DNA from: an uncultured Alphaproteobacteria bacterium
GTDB lineage: Bacteria; Pseudomonadota; Alphaproteobacteria; RF32; CAG-239
NCBI GenBank assembly: GCA_944391365.1
Contig: CALXTH010000099.1
Span: 1-29,016 of the forward strand
Reading direction: 5' to 3'
Length of the DNA: 29,016 bases
Part shown: positions 1 through 9,285 of the stretch, piece by piece
How the letters are laid out: the number at the start of each line of letters is the position of its first letter
Numbering within the stretch: position 1 is the first letter of the stretch
Notes under the pieces: generated by a model
Databases searched by the model: none
Told to the model about the DNA's origin: nothing
The model's input: only the letters and a program-made list of their open reading frames with translations
Program-made: the position numbers and the translations under genes

Positions 1-806
1 TGCATTTCAAAAACACCGATTTCATCCGTCGCACCATTACGGTTTTTTACTGCGCGGAGAATGCGGAAGTGATGGCCGCGTTCACCTTCAAAATAAAGCA
101 CCGTATCAACCATGTGCTCCAAGACCCGGGGGCCGGCAATGGCTCCCTGTTTGGTGACATGGCCGACAAGAAACAGTGTGAAGCCTTTGCGTTTGGCCAG
201 TTTAATCAGTTCATAGGCACAAGCTCTAACCTGAGCCACACTGCCGGGGGTGGACTCGACCTCGTCGAGATACATGGTCTGAATGGAATCAATAATAACA
301 ACCGCGGCATGTGATTTTTCAAGACTGGCGATGATGTCTTTTATTTCCGTCGCGCTGGCCAGGTTGACGGGCGTTTGCTCCAGTTTGAGCCTTTTGGCGC
401 GAATCCGGACCTGATCAATCGCCTCCTCACCGGAAATATAATAACATTCCGGTTTTTCCGGCAAAGATGCTATACTGGCACAAACTTGCAACAGCAGAGT
501 TGATTTACCTATGCCGGGATCGCCGCCAACCAAAATGACGGAACCGGGCACAAGCCCGCCTCCGCAGACACGGTCCAGTTCTTTGATATTGGTATGTAGG
601 CGGGTTAAGGCTGTTTCTTCACCGGAGAGGGCTACAAATTCTATTTGTTTTCCTTTCTTTTTCGGGGCAATATTGGAAAAACCTTCACCACCGACGTGTT
701 CTTCGACAATGGTGTTCCATTCGCCGCAGGCATCGCATTTTCCCTGCCATTTGGGATAAACAGCGCCACAGTTCTGACAGGCAAATTCCGTTGTTTTTTT
801 AGCCAA
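1..806 (-). CDS. radA: DNA repair protein RadA/Sms (5' part; runs off the left edge)
   Basis: Not in the ORF track (open at the edge). Manual reverse translation from TTG at 806 gives LAKKTTEFACQNCGAVYPKWQGKCDACGEWNTIVEE (C4 zinc finger) and later LVGHVTKQGAIAGPRVLEHMVDTVLYFEGERGHHFRILRAVKNRNGATDEIGVFEM (KNRxG RadA motif). Confidence 0.95.
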   Translation of the reverse strand, partial: MAKKTTEFACQNCGAVYPKWQGKCDACGEWNTIVEEHVGGEGFSNIAPKKKGKQIEFVALSGEETALTRLHTNIKELDRVCGGGLVPGSVILVGGDPGIGKSTLLLQVCASIASLPEKPECYYISGEEAIDQVRIRAKRLKLEQTPVNLASATEIKDIIASLEKSHAAVVIIDSIQTMYLDEVESTPGSVAQVRACAYELIKLAKRKGFTLFLVGHVTKQGAIAGPRVLEHMVDTVLYFEGERGHHFRILRAVKNRNGATDEIGVFEM

Positions 807-808
807 GG

Positions 809-1573
809 CTAAATCTCCACCTTAATCGGCCCCTGTGAGCTGCCATTGATGAACTGGCGAACATACGGATTGTCCGTTTTATCAAGTTCTTTAACCGTCC
901 CCTGCCAAATGATTTTGCCGTGATAAAGCATGGCTATACGGTGAGCAATTTTGCGCGCCGAAGCCATGTCATGGGTGATGGTCAATGCCGTTGCGCCCAG
1001 GCCTTTGGCCGACTCAATAATCAGATCATTAATTACATCAGCCATTATCGGGTCAAGTCCGGTGGTCGGTTCATCAAAAAAGATTATTTCCGGTTTTGTG
1101 GCAATGGCCCGCGCCAAGCTGACACGTTTTTGCATACCGCCGGAAAGTTCACTCGGGTAAAGGTCTGCCACATCCGGCGCCAGACCAACCTGGCGCAAAA
1201 CGCGAATGGCCTCGGTTTTGGCCTTTTTACGTTCCATTTTTTTGTTTTCAATCAGGCCAAACGCAACGTTTTCCCAAACCGTCAGGCTGTCAAACAAAGC
1301 TCCGCCCTGAAAGAGCATGCCCATTTTGGCATGCAGGGTATCTTGTCTTTTGCGATCAGCCCCGATGGTTTCTTCCCCGTCAATTTCTATTGAACCGCTG
1401 TCCGGTATCAATAATCCCTGAATACATTTAATCAGAACGGATTTTCCGGTTCCCGACCCGCCGATGACAACAAGGGATTCCCCTTTGTTCAGTTCAAGGT
1501 TAATGCCGTCAAGAACCACTTTTTTGCCAAAGGCTTTATGAAGATCGGTTATTTTTATTTTTGTTTCAGTCAT
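809..1573 (-). CDS. mlaF: ABC transporter ATP-binding protein, MlaF/Ttg2A family
   Basis: Walker A GGSGTGKS, signature LSGGMQKRVSLARA, Walker B IIFFDEPTTGLDP, H-loop ITHD; follows an MlaE permease. Confidence 0.88.
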   Translation of the reverse strand: MTETKIKITDLHKAFGKKVVLDGINLELNKGESLVVIGGSGTGKSVLIKCIQGLLIPDSGSIEIDGEETIGADRKRQDTLHAKMGMLFQGGALFDSLTVWENVAFGLIENKKMERKKAKTEAIRVLRQVGLAPDVADLYPSELSGGMQKRVSLARAIATKPEIIFFDEPTTGLDPIMADVINDLIIESAKGLGATALTITHDMASARKIAHRIAMLYHGKIIWQGTVKELDKTDNPYVRQFINGSSQGPIKVEI

Positions 1574-1591
1574 TTTAAGTATCTCCGAAAA

Positions 1592-2380
1592 CTATTGGGC
1601 AAAGAAGAGTTCTGTCAGGATATAGTTGAAGACCAGAATGAGGATTGAGGCCGAAACAACTGCATTTGTGGTTGCTTCACCCACACCCTGAGCTCCGCCT
1701 TTTGATTTGTATCCGTTATAGCATCCCATCAATGTAATGATAAACCCGAAAACAGAGGCTTTAACAAGGCCGGAAATGATGTCTATGGCTTCCATATTCT
1801 GTAAGGTGGAATTGATGTAGTTGGCCGGGTTGAAGCCGAGCTTATAAACACAGATAACATAACCGCCGAAGATGCCGATGATATCTCCGATGAAAACCAG
1901 TAACGGCAGGACAATAATCCCGGCAATGATGCGCGGGGCAACCAGATATTTGAACGGATTGGTTGACAGGGTTACCAAAGCGTCAATCTGTTCAGTAACA
2001 CGCATGGTTCCGATTTCTGCCGCCATTGCCGCACCGATACGTCCGGCAACCATCAAACCGGAAAGAACCGGCGCCAGCTCACGGGTTACGGAAATCAGCA
2101 CAACGGAAGCCACAGAACTTTCCGCGCCAAAACGGGCAAAACCGGTATAACTTTGCAGGGCGATGACCATTCCCGCAAAAATGGTTGTCAATCCGACAAC
2201 GGGCAGAGAATAAAAACCGATATCAAGCAGTTGTCTTCCTAATAATTTGAGGTAGAACGGCGGTGTTATGCAGTTGTATAAAGACCGGGCGACAAACAAC
2301 GTCAAATCGCCAAAGCGGGAAATGAACTTAACCAAAGGTTTTCCCAAAGCTCTCAAAAAATCCTGAATACGGTTTATCAT
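1592..2380 (-). CDS. mlaE: ABC transporter permease, MlaE family
   Basis: RELAPVLSGLMVAGRIGAAMAAEIGTMRVTEQIDAL and GGAQGVGEATTNAVV are MlaE hallmarks; multiple hydrophobic segments. Confidence 0.92.
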   Translation of the reverse strand: MINRIQDFLRALGKPLVKFISRFGDLTLFVARSLYNCITPPFYLKLLGRQLLDIGFYSLPVVGLTTIFAGMVIALQSYTGFARFGAESSVASVVLISVTRELAPVLSGLMVAGRIGAAMAAEIGTMRVTEQIDALVTLSTNPFKYLVAPRIIAGIIVLPLLVFIGDIIGIFGGYVICVYKLGFNPANYINSTLQNMEAIDIISGLVKASVFGFIITLMGCYNGYKSKGGAQGVGEATTNAVVSASILILVFNYILTELFFAQ

Positions 2381-2441
2381 GAGGTTATCTCTCTGTTAAA
2401 TTGTCATAAAAATCAGGTGTATTATATGCAGACACCAAAAA

Positions 2442-2864
2442 TTAATCAAGAAAACTCTCAGCTTTGATCACAATCTTATCGCCGGCACTGGCCTCAAACG
2501 GATAAAGTTTCATCAGAGGAATTTTGACTCCGCCCAGGTCATAAAATTCCGGACGGGGAAGGCGTTCTACTTCTTTTGGCGTTTTGACCAGTTCAACAAC
2601 CAGAGAAACCTTTATGCTCTCAAGATGGGAAAATTCACAAATGCCTACCCCCCTCACCTCAAGTTTTCCGGCAATGCTGCGCGGACAAGAGGCTTCGGCT
2701 TTTTCAGATGAAATATCTATGTTAGTCCGGTCATCAGCGACAAGCATTGCGCCATATTGCCTGATGAGCCGCAAAGCCAAATCGGATTTTCCGGAACCGG
2801 GAGGCCCCATCAGCAGGATGCCTTTTCCGTTTAACTCAATACATGTGGTGTGAATATTCATCAT
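2442..2864 (-). CDS. hprK: HPr kinase/phosphorylase, short alphaproteobacterial form (C-terminal domain only)
   Basis: GILLMGPPGSGKSDLALRLI, LVADDR and GKLEVRGVGI motifs; ATGA overlap with the tsaE stop. Confidence 0.85.
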   Translation of the reverse strand: MMNIHTTCIELNGKGILLMGPPGSGKSDLALRLIRQYGAMLVADDRTNIDISSEKAEASCPRSIAGKLEVRGVGICEFSHLESIKVSLVVELVKTPKEVERLPRPEFYDLGGVKIPLMKLYPFEASAGDKIVIKAESFLD

Positions 2865-3322
2865 GCGCCGAAAACCTTTTGCAATTGTTGCATTTTTTCA
2901 TCAGAGGCGGATGATATGGTGAGTTGTCGTTCATTTCCGGCAGCGGTAAAGGTTATACGGAAACAATTCCGAGGAAGATAGCAGCTCATTTTATCCGGCC
3001 ATTCAATCAGACTGACCCCTTCATAAAGCGCTTCTTCCATCCCCAGTTCAAAAATTTCTTCTGCCGATTTCAAACGATATAAGTCAAAATGATAAATGGT
3101 AAAATCCGGTGCATCATAAAGCTGCACTAAAGTAAAAGTCGGACTGGGAACGTCGATTTTTCCGCATAAAGCATGGATAAAGGCCCTTGCAAGGACGCTT
3201 TTTCCCATTCCCAAAGTTCCGAACAAAGCAAAGCAATCTCCTCGGCCGGCAAGCTGAGCCAGTTTTTTGCCGACTTCGGCGGTTTCTTCTTCAGAAGTTG
3301 TACGGATAATGATTTCAGACAT
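2861..3322 (-). CDS. tsaE: tRNA threonylcarbamoyladenosine biosynthesis ATPase TsaE
   Basis: GTLGMGKS, VPSPTFTLVQLY, HFDLYRL, IEWPD. ATG at 3322 chosen over the TTG at 3325. Confidence 0.93.
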   Translation of the reverse strand: MSEIIIRTTSEEETAEVGKKLAQLAGRGDCFALFGTLGMGKSVLARAFIHALCGKIDVPSPTFTLVQLYDAPDFTIYHFDLYRLKSAEEIFELGMEEALYEGVSLIEWPDKMSCYLPRNCFRITFTAAGNERQLTISSASDEKMQQLQKVFGA

Positions 3323-4244
3323 CAAGCAAACTCTTCTTTTTGCGACTGGGTGCTTTGATAATTTTTATAGACGGAGTTTGTGCCTGTTGTGCCCGCCAGT
3401 CCCATGGCATATAAAACTTTCCTTCCCAAAGACCGCGTCGTTGCAAACGGGCTTCTTCTTCATAAGGGTAATAAATATCGGTATATTTCAGATAAGCCAC
3501 GGCCCAGCCGGCATTAACCAGTGCGGCACCAAGGTCATATTGTCCGAGTGCGCAGGTTCCGACCATATTGCCATGATTATCCTGCTGCATTATCCGACAT
3601 TCAAGCGTATATCCGTTAATCCAGCTGCGCAACCAGTCACCGGCCACTTGTCCGCAGCGATAGGCCCTTCCCTGCCCGTTGGCACAGGTTTGATTAGTTT
3701 CAGGGGCATCTATTCCATATAGACGGAGATATTTGCCGTTGATTTTCAGTGTATCGCCGTTAATGACTTTTGCCTCGCCATAAATGACCGGAAAATCAGT
3801 CGGATTGATTTCTGCCGGTTCACCCGAAACATTAAAATAATTCATTAACTGACTGACTGTACTTTCTTCTTCGGGAACAATATTGTCTCCGAAATTTTCT
3901 GTTGTCCGGGCGTGAGTCTCAAACGGATTGGCATGGCGGGGTTCGCCGGTATTTTGTCCCATAAAGCTGCGGAGATTGCCGCTGATATTGCCTATGCCTC
4001 CCCTAAAGCCACCGATGGCGTAAATAATAAAAAGAATTATTCCCGCAACCAGCAGCATGGACGGAACACATCCCATTGCCCGCCAAGCCATTTTGGTAAA
4101 AATATAGAGGATAATCAGGCCGGCAATCAGTCCGACAAAGCCTCCGCCCTGCAGCAAAAGGCTGTTGCTCTGGGTTCCGGCTCCACCCCACAAAATAAGA
4201 ACAAAGGCGGCTATTCCCAGCAAAACTTTTTTCAGAAACATCAT
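3315..4244 (-). CDS. Membrane-anchored thermonuclease (SNase-like) domain protein
   Basis: Three N-terminal hydrophobic segments, then VINGDTLKINGKYLRLYGIDAPETNQTC...YRCGQVA...LVNAGWAVAY...ARLQRRGLWEGKFYMPWDWR, typical of alphaproteobacterial SNase-like proteins. Confidence 0.8.
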   Translation of the reverse strand: MMFLKKVLLGIAAFVLILWGGAGTQSNSLLLQGGGFVGLIAGLIILYIFTKMAWRAMGCVPSMLLVAGIILFIIYAIGGFRGGIGNISGNLRSFMGQNTGEPRHANPFETHARTTENFGDNIVPEEESTVSQLMNYFNVSGEPAEINPTDFPVIYGEAKVINGDTLKINGKYLRLYGIDAPETNQTCANGQGRAYRCGQVAGDWLRSWINGYTLECRIMQQDNHGNMVGTCALGQYDLGAALVNAGWAVAYLKYTDIYYPYEEEARLQRRGLWEGKFYMPWDWRAQQAQTPSIKIIKAPSRKKKSLLDV

Positions 4245-4306
4245 GACCTTTATATCCTCAATATTGTTCTTTGTGTTCAGGGTAGTCCTATTTTGTAAAG
4301 ATATGG

Positions 4307-4906
4307 TTACTCAAGATATTTTTTGTATCCGTCCAGGGTTTTTAAGGTTATCGGCGAATCAAAAATATAGCTTTTTCCGGCTTTATGCAGTTTTTCATAT
4401 TCGTCTTTATCTCTCCAGCCGATGATTTTTGCCGGGTTGCCGCCGACAATTGCACATTTCGGGACAGATTTGGTTACAACAGAACCGGCAGCGATAATTG
4501 CACCGTCATCAATGCGAACACCTCCCAGAATAATGCAGTTTGAAGCTATCCAGACATGTTTGCCGATATGGACTTTTTGTTTATATCCGGTTTGATCAAA
4601 AGGAAGCATATCTGCGCCTTTATAATTATGACTGGTTGTGATAATGGTTGTTCCCCAGCCGATCCCGGAATCATCATCGAGAAAAAGACCTCCTTCGGCA
4701 TAAATCTGAACTTTTTCACCGATGTAGATGTTTTTTCCCATTCGGATGTTTTCCCGGTTATGAATCATTGCTCCGCGGCAGATTTTCTGATCCGGAGAAA
4801 ATCCGGGTTGATAAATAAATTCATGGCGATATTTTTCCCGTAGTTTTTTTCGTATGGTTTTGACCGGTATCAGATTGATTAAAAATTTTTTGAGTTTTAT
4901 TGGCAT
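4307..4906 (-). CDS. Hexapeptide-repeat O-acyltransferase (LacA/NodL/CysE superfamily)
   Basis: Left-handed beta-helix repeats [38 protein letters not shown]...VGGNPAKII. Confidence 0.85.
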   Translation of the reverse strand: MPIKLKKFLINLIPVKTIRKKLREKYRHEFIYQPGFSPDQKICRGAMIHNRENIRMGKNIYIGEKVQIYAEGGLFLDDDSGIGWGTTIITTSHNYKGADMLPFDQTGYKQKVHIGKHVWIASNCIILGGVRIDDGAIIAAGSVVTKSVPKCAIVGGNPAKIIGWRDKDEYEKLHKAGKSYIFDSPITLKTLDGYKKYLE

Positions 4907-4928
4907 TTTTTTATTTTTTCCTTTAAGC

Positions 4929-5882
4929 TTATTTAATCCATTTTCTGATTTTTTTGCGCAGGGAGCGCGGATATGTTACCCAAAGAAGGATTTTGACAAA
5001 CGGGCGCAAAATTCCCTTGAAAACTCGAATCATCCGGCGGCGGGTAAATTCTCCCGTAAAACCGGCTTTTTTTATGAAATAAATATAATTTTTGTCCGGA
5101 AAAATCCGGTTCCAGATTTTGACAACCCGGCCGGCATAATGGATAATTGCCGGATTTTTGACGGCCGCAAAAAGTTCATCATCTGAATAGACTAAAGATA
5201 ACCATTTGTATTCCGGTGATTTTTTTCCATCATAGTATAATCCCTCAAGGACGCAATATGTAAAAGGAACCGCGCCGATTTTATCACAACCAAGATTCAA
5301 GACATCAAGATCATAGGTTTTTATTCTCGGTCGGAAGTCTTTGATTATCTGTAAAAATTTTTCGGTCAGTTGTTGTTTTCGCATTTTTTGCAGATTAACC
5401 AGCATAAATCCCGGCATAAAAATAAATTCATTTTTGTTTTCGGGAAAATGTTCGTGAATCTGTTTCGGAGCGGCACTGCGTTCGGCAATAATTCCCATCC
5501 AGTAATAATCTTTAATGTCCGTCTTATAAATATCGGACATATCCCGTTTAAAGACAACATCTACATCAGACCAGATAACTTTGTCATAATCTTTGACAAA
5601 GTCCTGAATAATCAACCGGTAATAAGTGGCAATTCCGCTCCAGCCGGTCGGCGCGTCTTTAAAATAATCTTCAGGGATATGCACCCAGCGGAGTTCAAAA
5701 CCGGTGTAAATATTTTTCAAATTTTCAATTTTGGCGATTGTTTGCGGCTTTAGTCCGGAATTAAAAATAAAAATATCATAAAAGGTATTTTTGTCGCGAT
5801 ATTCCAGCAATGAGCTTATGGCAACACCGGCAGGAAGCGCATAATTGTCATCAAAAGCAAAAACAACGGGAATTTTCTGCAT
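4929..5882 (-). CDS. Glycosyltransferase family 8 (RfaJ/LgtC-like)
   Basis: [25 protein letters not shown] (DxD), DxDVLN, IIHYAGxxKIW. Confidence 0.85.
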   Translation of the reverse strand: MQKIPVVFAFDDNYALPAGVAISSLLEYRDKNTFYDIFIFNSGLKPQTIAKIENLKNIYTGFELRWVHIPEDYFKDAPTGWSGIATYYRLIIQDFVKDYDKVIWSDVDVVFKRDMSDIYKTDIKDYYWMGIIAERSAAPKQIHEHFPENKNEFIFMPGFMLVNLQKMRKQQLTEKFLQIIKDFRPRIKTYDLDVLNLGCDKIGAVPFTYCVLEGLYYDGKKSPEYKWLSLVYSDDELFAAVKNPAIIHYAGRVVKIWNRIFPDKNYIYFIKKAGFTGEFTRRRMIRVFKGILRPFVKILLWVTYPRSLRKKIRKWIK

Positions 5883-5884
5883 TT

Positions 5885-7078
5885 TTAATCCTTTGTTATT
5901 TGTTCAATGGTTTGACGCAATGTTTGGGCTGATTTATGGTAAACTTTTTCAGCATGTTTTTCGAGAGCCGAAAGTTTTCCGGCATATTCATTTTCTTTCA
6001 TGGCTATGGCCTGTTTCATCGCCTCACAAAGATTGTTTCCATGATACAAAATGCTGTCTTCAGCTGTAAAACCGTAGATTTTGGCAAAGGTTTCTTCAAG
6101 AAGCATCGGTTTGTTCAGCCCCAAAGACAATTGTTTGGAACCAGTTGTTGTTCCTTTTTTATAAGCTTCCTGTACCGGGCTTTCAGGATCAAGCAGAGCC
6201 AGGAGAAAATCGCTTTCCATACAGCTTTTGTACATATCAGGGAAATTCAGCCGTCCGAGTTTTTTGAGATGATTTTGCAAGTGTGACGGAATTTCCATGC
6301 CGCCGGAGCCGATTACCACAACTTCAAAATCAGAAAGGCCTTCTTTTATCAGGGTTTCAACAGCGTCCAAAAGCTGGGTACAATTTCGGGTGTTCGGTGA
6401 CAAACGGCCGATCATGACAAATCTGGTTTTGGCATTTTTCCGATGTTTGGGAATCGGACCAAAATAAATCGGGCACAACAGGCCGGCTTTGTTTTCGGCC
6501 AGAGGAAATTCATTCAACACAAACAGGCGTTTGTTTAAATAATGATTGTTTTCTTTATACGCCGTCAGATTTTGACAATTATGGTAAATGCACAAAGATC
6601 CGTAAACCGACTGAGGTTCAAATCCGAGATAATCATAATATCTTTCTTTGGTTTCCTGATAATCAAAGGAAGAAATAAACACAAAATCATAATTTTTAAT
6701 GATTTTGTGTTTTAACAGGGACTTTATCCGCCATTTTTGCACGGGGAAAATATCCGGTTTTTCATTATCAGCAAACAAAGCAAAGGGATTTTCTTCATAA
6801 TTTCCGATCCGCATAAGAACATCAACGTGATATCCCAAATCCTGCCAATATTTGACGAATCCCGGCACAACTTCGCCGTGATAGTTGTTCGGCTCAACGA
6901 CCAAAACACTTTTCTTTTTGACTTTATGTTGCAAAAAATCAACATAAAAATGGTTATATTTTTTATAGTTGTTCCATATTTTTCCACAGTCCAATTCCTT
7001 AAGGGAAGCGATGGCTTTTTTGCGCAGTCTTTTAACCGGAATCCAGCAGCACAAGGCTTGGGCGAGATGTTTTTTCAT
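5885..7078 (-). CDS. Putative GT-B fold glycosyltransferase (divergent GT4-like)
   Basis: C-terminal half RFVMIGRL...FEVVVIGSG...LGRLNFPDMYKSCMESDF...LGLNKPMLL resembles a GT-B nucleotide-binding domain; lies next to GT8 and the acyltransferase. The usual Ex7E motif is not evident. Confidence 0.5.
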   Translation of the reverse strand: MKKHLAQALCCWIPVKRLRKKAIASLKELDCGKIWNNYKKYNHFYVDFLQHKVKKKSVLVVEPNNYHGEVVPGFVKYWQDLGYHVDVLMRIGNYEENPFALFADNEKPDIFPVQKWRIKSLLKHKIIKNYDFVFISSFDYQETKERYYDYLGFEPQSVYGSLCIYHNCQNLTAYKENNHYLNKRLFVLNEFPLAENKAGLLCPIYFGPIPKHRKNAKTRFVMIGRLSPNTRNCTQLLDAVETLIKEGLSDFEVVVIGSGGMEIPSHLQNHLKKLGRLNFPDMYKSCMESDFLLALLDPESPVQEAYKKGTTTGSKQLSLGLNKPMLLEETFAKIYGFTAEDSILYHGNNLCEAMKQAIAMKENEYAGKLSALEKHAEKVYHKSAQTLRQTIEQITKD

Positions 7079-7170
7079 CGGAAGACCTCTTTAAAATTGT
7101 TGTATTGTTTTTTATTTGTATCAAATAAAAAGCTTAAGGTCAACCAACTAAACAAAAAGACGGTATAAGA

Positions 7171-7198
7171 AAAAGACCGCTCATCAAAGCGGCCTTTT
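7171..7198 (-). terminator. Rho-independent terminator after the FTR-like gene
   Basis: Minus strand AAAAGGCCGCT-TTGATG-AGCGGTCTTTT(T): stem with one G-U pair followed by a U-tract, 19 nt after the stop at 7217. Confidence 0.65.
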
Positions 7199-7216
7199 GT
7201 TCTTTGAATATCCTGA

Positions 7217-7447
7217 TTATTTTTTGCTGTAACAATGGCAATGGCAGATACCATCCCGCTCAATGTCGCTGCGGCAAAGCTCGGAGATGCAATAACGTGC
7301 GGCATTGCTGCTGTCACAAGGGCAGCGCTGCCATTCACTTTCGCCAAACATTTTGCTTTTTGCCCGGGCAACTTTTTCAATGTTTTCGGTCGGGATATAA
7401 CCGGCTTCTTTACAGTTGGCCATCATTTTATCTAAAATATCTGTCAT
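7217..7447 (-). CDS. Ferredoxin-thioredoxin reductase catalytic-subunit-like Fe-S protein
   Basis: 76 aa with CPC (42-44), C53-x4-C58 and G-I-CHC-HC-Y (68-73); RBS AAAGGA upstream; 12 nt after the parB stop. Confidence 0.65.
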   Translation of the reverse strand: MTDILDKMMANCKEAGYIPTENIEKVARAKSKMFGESEWQRCPCDSSNAARYCISELCRSDIERDGICHCHCYSKK

Positions 7448-7459
7448 ATTAAATTTCCT

Positions 7460-8479
7460 TTAGTCTATTATTTTCATTGTAAATTTTTCATTGCCGACAG
7501 CGGTCAGGTTTTCTGTTTCAACCGGAGCGGAAAGTCCTTGGAATGTGTTATTATTACGCTTTTGTTCAAGGATGTCAATTATCATGTCAAGTTCGGCAAC
7601 CGAAGCATATTGCAAAACGACTTTTCCACCGCCCTGTTTATTCGGTGAAATGCTGATCCGCAGGCCGAGTGATTTTTTCAAATCTTTTTCAAGATCTGCA
7701 ATATCATCATCTTTTTGCGCTTTTGCTTTTTTGGAAGAGACTGTTCCGGATTTTATTTTATTGACCAGCTCTTCAACCTGACGGACGTTTAAATCTTTTT
7801 TGATAATCAGTTGAGCCAGTTCTTCGGCATTATCCAAACCAACCAAATTTCTGGCATGTCCGGCAGAAAGTTTTCCTTCTTTAATCAGGTTCTGCACACT
7901 TTCGGGCAAGCTCAGAAGTCTTAATGTATTGGCAATATGACTGCGAGATTTTCCAATGATTTGAGACAGAGCCTCCTGTGTATGAGAAAATTCATCAATC
8001 AGACGCTGCAGTCCTTCGGCTTCTTCTATGGCGGAGAGGTTTTCGCGCAGAAGATTTTCAACCAGCGCAACTTCCAGAACCTCTTTATCATTCATTTCTT
8101 TTATAATCACCGGAACTTCGGTCAATCCGGCAAGTTTGGAAGCACGAAGGCGCCTTTCTCCGGCAATCAGTTCATAGCCGTCGGATGTTTTGCGAACCAA
8201 TAGAGGTTGAAGAACGCCCTTTTCCTTGATGGAGGCAGCCAGAGCTTTTAAGGCTTCTTCGTCAAATTCTGTTCGCGGTTGATAGGGACTCGGCACGATA
8301 CTGTTGATATTAACCTTATCAGAGGGAGTTACAGGATGTGCTGTTGAATGAGCCGAAGCATGTGCCGGAACATCTCCTAAAGCATCACTCAGATCCAGGT
8401 CATCATCTCCCAAAAGAGCACCTAATCCGCGGCCAAGGCTTTTGCGTTTACCATGATTATGAGTTTCAATATCGGCCAT
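7460..8479 (-). CDS. parB: Chromosome partitioning CTPase ParB
   Basis: LGRGLGALLG N-terminal motif, PYQPR, GVLQPLLVR, LIAGERRLRA (CTP motif), ALVENLLRENL, HTH GKSRSHIANTLRLL. Start placed at ATG 8479 (GGAGG upstream) rather than 8581. Confidence 0.95.
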   Translation of the reverse strand: MADIETHNHGKRKSLGRGLGALLGDDDLDLSDALGDVPAHASAHSTAHPVTPSDKVNINSIVPSPYQPRTEFDEEALKALAASIKEKGVLQPLLVRKTSDGYELIAGERRLRASKLAGLTEVPVIIKEMNDKEVLEVALVENLLRENLSAIEEAEGLQRLIDEFSHTQEALSQIIGKSRSHIANTLRLLSLPESVQNLIKEGKLSAGHARNLVGLDNAEELAQLIIKKDLNVRQVEELVNKIKSGTVSSKKAKAQKDDDIADLEKDLKKSLGLRISISPNKQGGGKVVLQYASVAELDMIIDILEQKRNNNTFQGLSAPVETENLTAVGNEKFTMKIID

Positions 8480-8505
8480 TTTATCCAACTCCTCCAAAGT
8501 GTTTT

Positions 8506-9285
8506 CTAACATGCGATCAATTCCTTTTCTCTTTTCAGGACTTCTCCGGTCAGACTGATATAGGCCTGAGATCCGGGACATTTGAAGTCATAAAGCAAAA
8601 CGGGTTTGCCATGAGACGGAGCTTCAGAAATGCGGACATTCCGTGGAATTACCGTTTGATAAACTTTTTTACCAAAAAAGCTGCGGACATCATCTTCGAC
8701 CATCTGGCTTAAATTGTTGCGCTTATCGTACATGGTCAGGACAACCCCCTGCAAATCAAGCGCGGGGTTAAATTTCTTTTTAATAATATTGATATTGCGA
8801 ATCAGATCGGTTACACCTTCCAAAGCCAAAAATTCACACTGCAGCGGAACAATTACCGCGTTGGCCGCGACCAAAGCATTAATAGTCACCAGACTCAGTG
8901 ACGGCGGGCAGTCTATTAAAATATAATCATAATTGACGGCATAATTGCTTATTGCTTTCTTCAGGGCGAATTCACGTTCCGGCATATCGACCAATTCGAC
9001 TTCGGCCCCGGCTAAATCTGCCGAAGCGGGAATAATTGAAAAATCAGGAATTTCGGTCCAGACAATCGCTTCTGTCAGTTTACAGGCTCCGACAAGAACC
9101 TCATAAGAAGAAACCATGCGTCCTTTTTTTTCTATTCCCATGGAAGTGGTGGCATTACCTTGCGGGTCAAGATCAATAACCAGAACTTTTTTGCCGGCGG
9201 CAGCCATGGCTGTTGCAACGTTTACGGTTGTCGTTGTTTTTCCGACACCGCCTTTGCGATTGGCTATTGCAATTATTCTAGGCAT
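8506..9285 (-). CDS. parA: Chromosome partitioning ATPase ParA/Soj
   Basis: NRKGGVGKTTT deviant Walker A, DLDPQGNAT, IDCPPSL, PLQCEFLALEG, IPRNVRISEAPSHGKP. Confidence 0.96.
   Translation of the reverse strand: MPRIIAIANRKGGVGKTTTTVNVATAMAAAGKKVLVIDLDPQGNATTSMGIEKKGRMVSSYEVLVGACKLTEAIVWTEIPDFSIIPASADLAGAEVELVDMPEREFALKKAISNYAVNYDYILIDCPPSLSLVTINALVAANAVIVPLQCEFLALEGVTDLIRNINIIKKKFNPALDLQGVVLTMYDKRNNLSQMVEDDVRSFFGKKVYQTVIPRNVRISEAPSHGKPVLLYDFKCPGSQAYISLTGEVLKREKELIAC

Noticed and set aside
8480-8581. Extended ParB N-terminus (373-aa ORF from 8581)
   Set aside because: It overlaps parA by 76 nt; a good RBS precedes ATG 8479 just before the conserved LGRGL motif.
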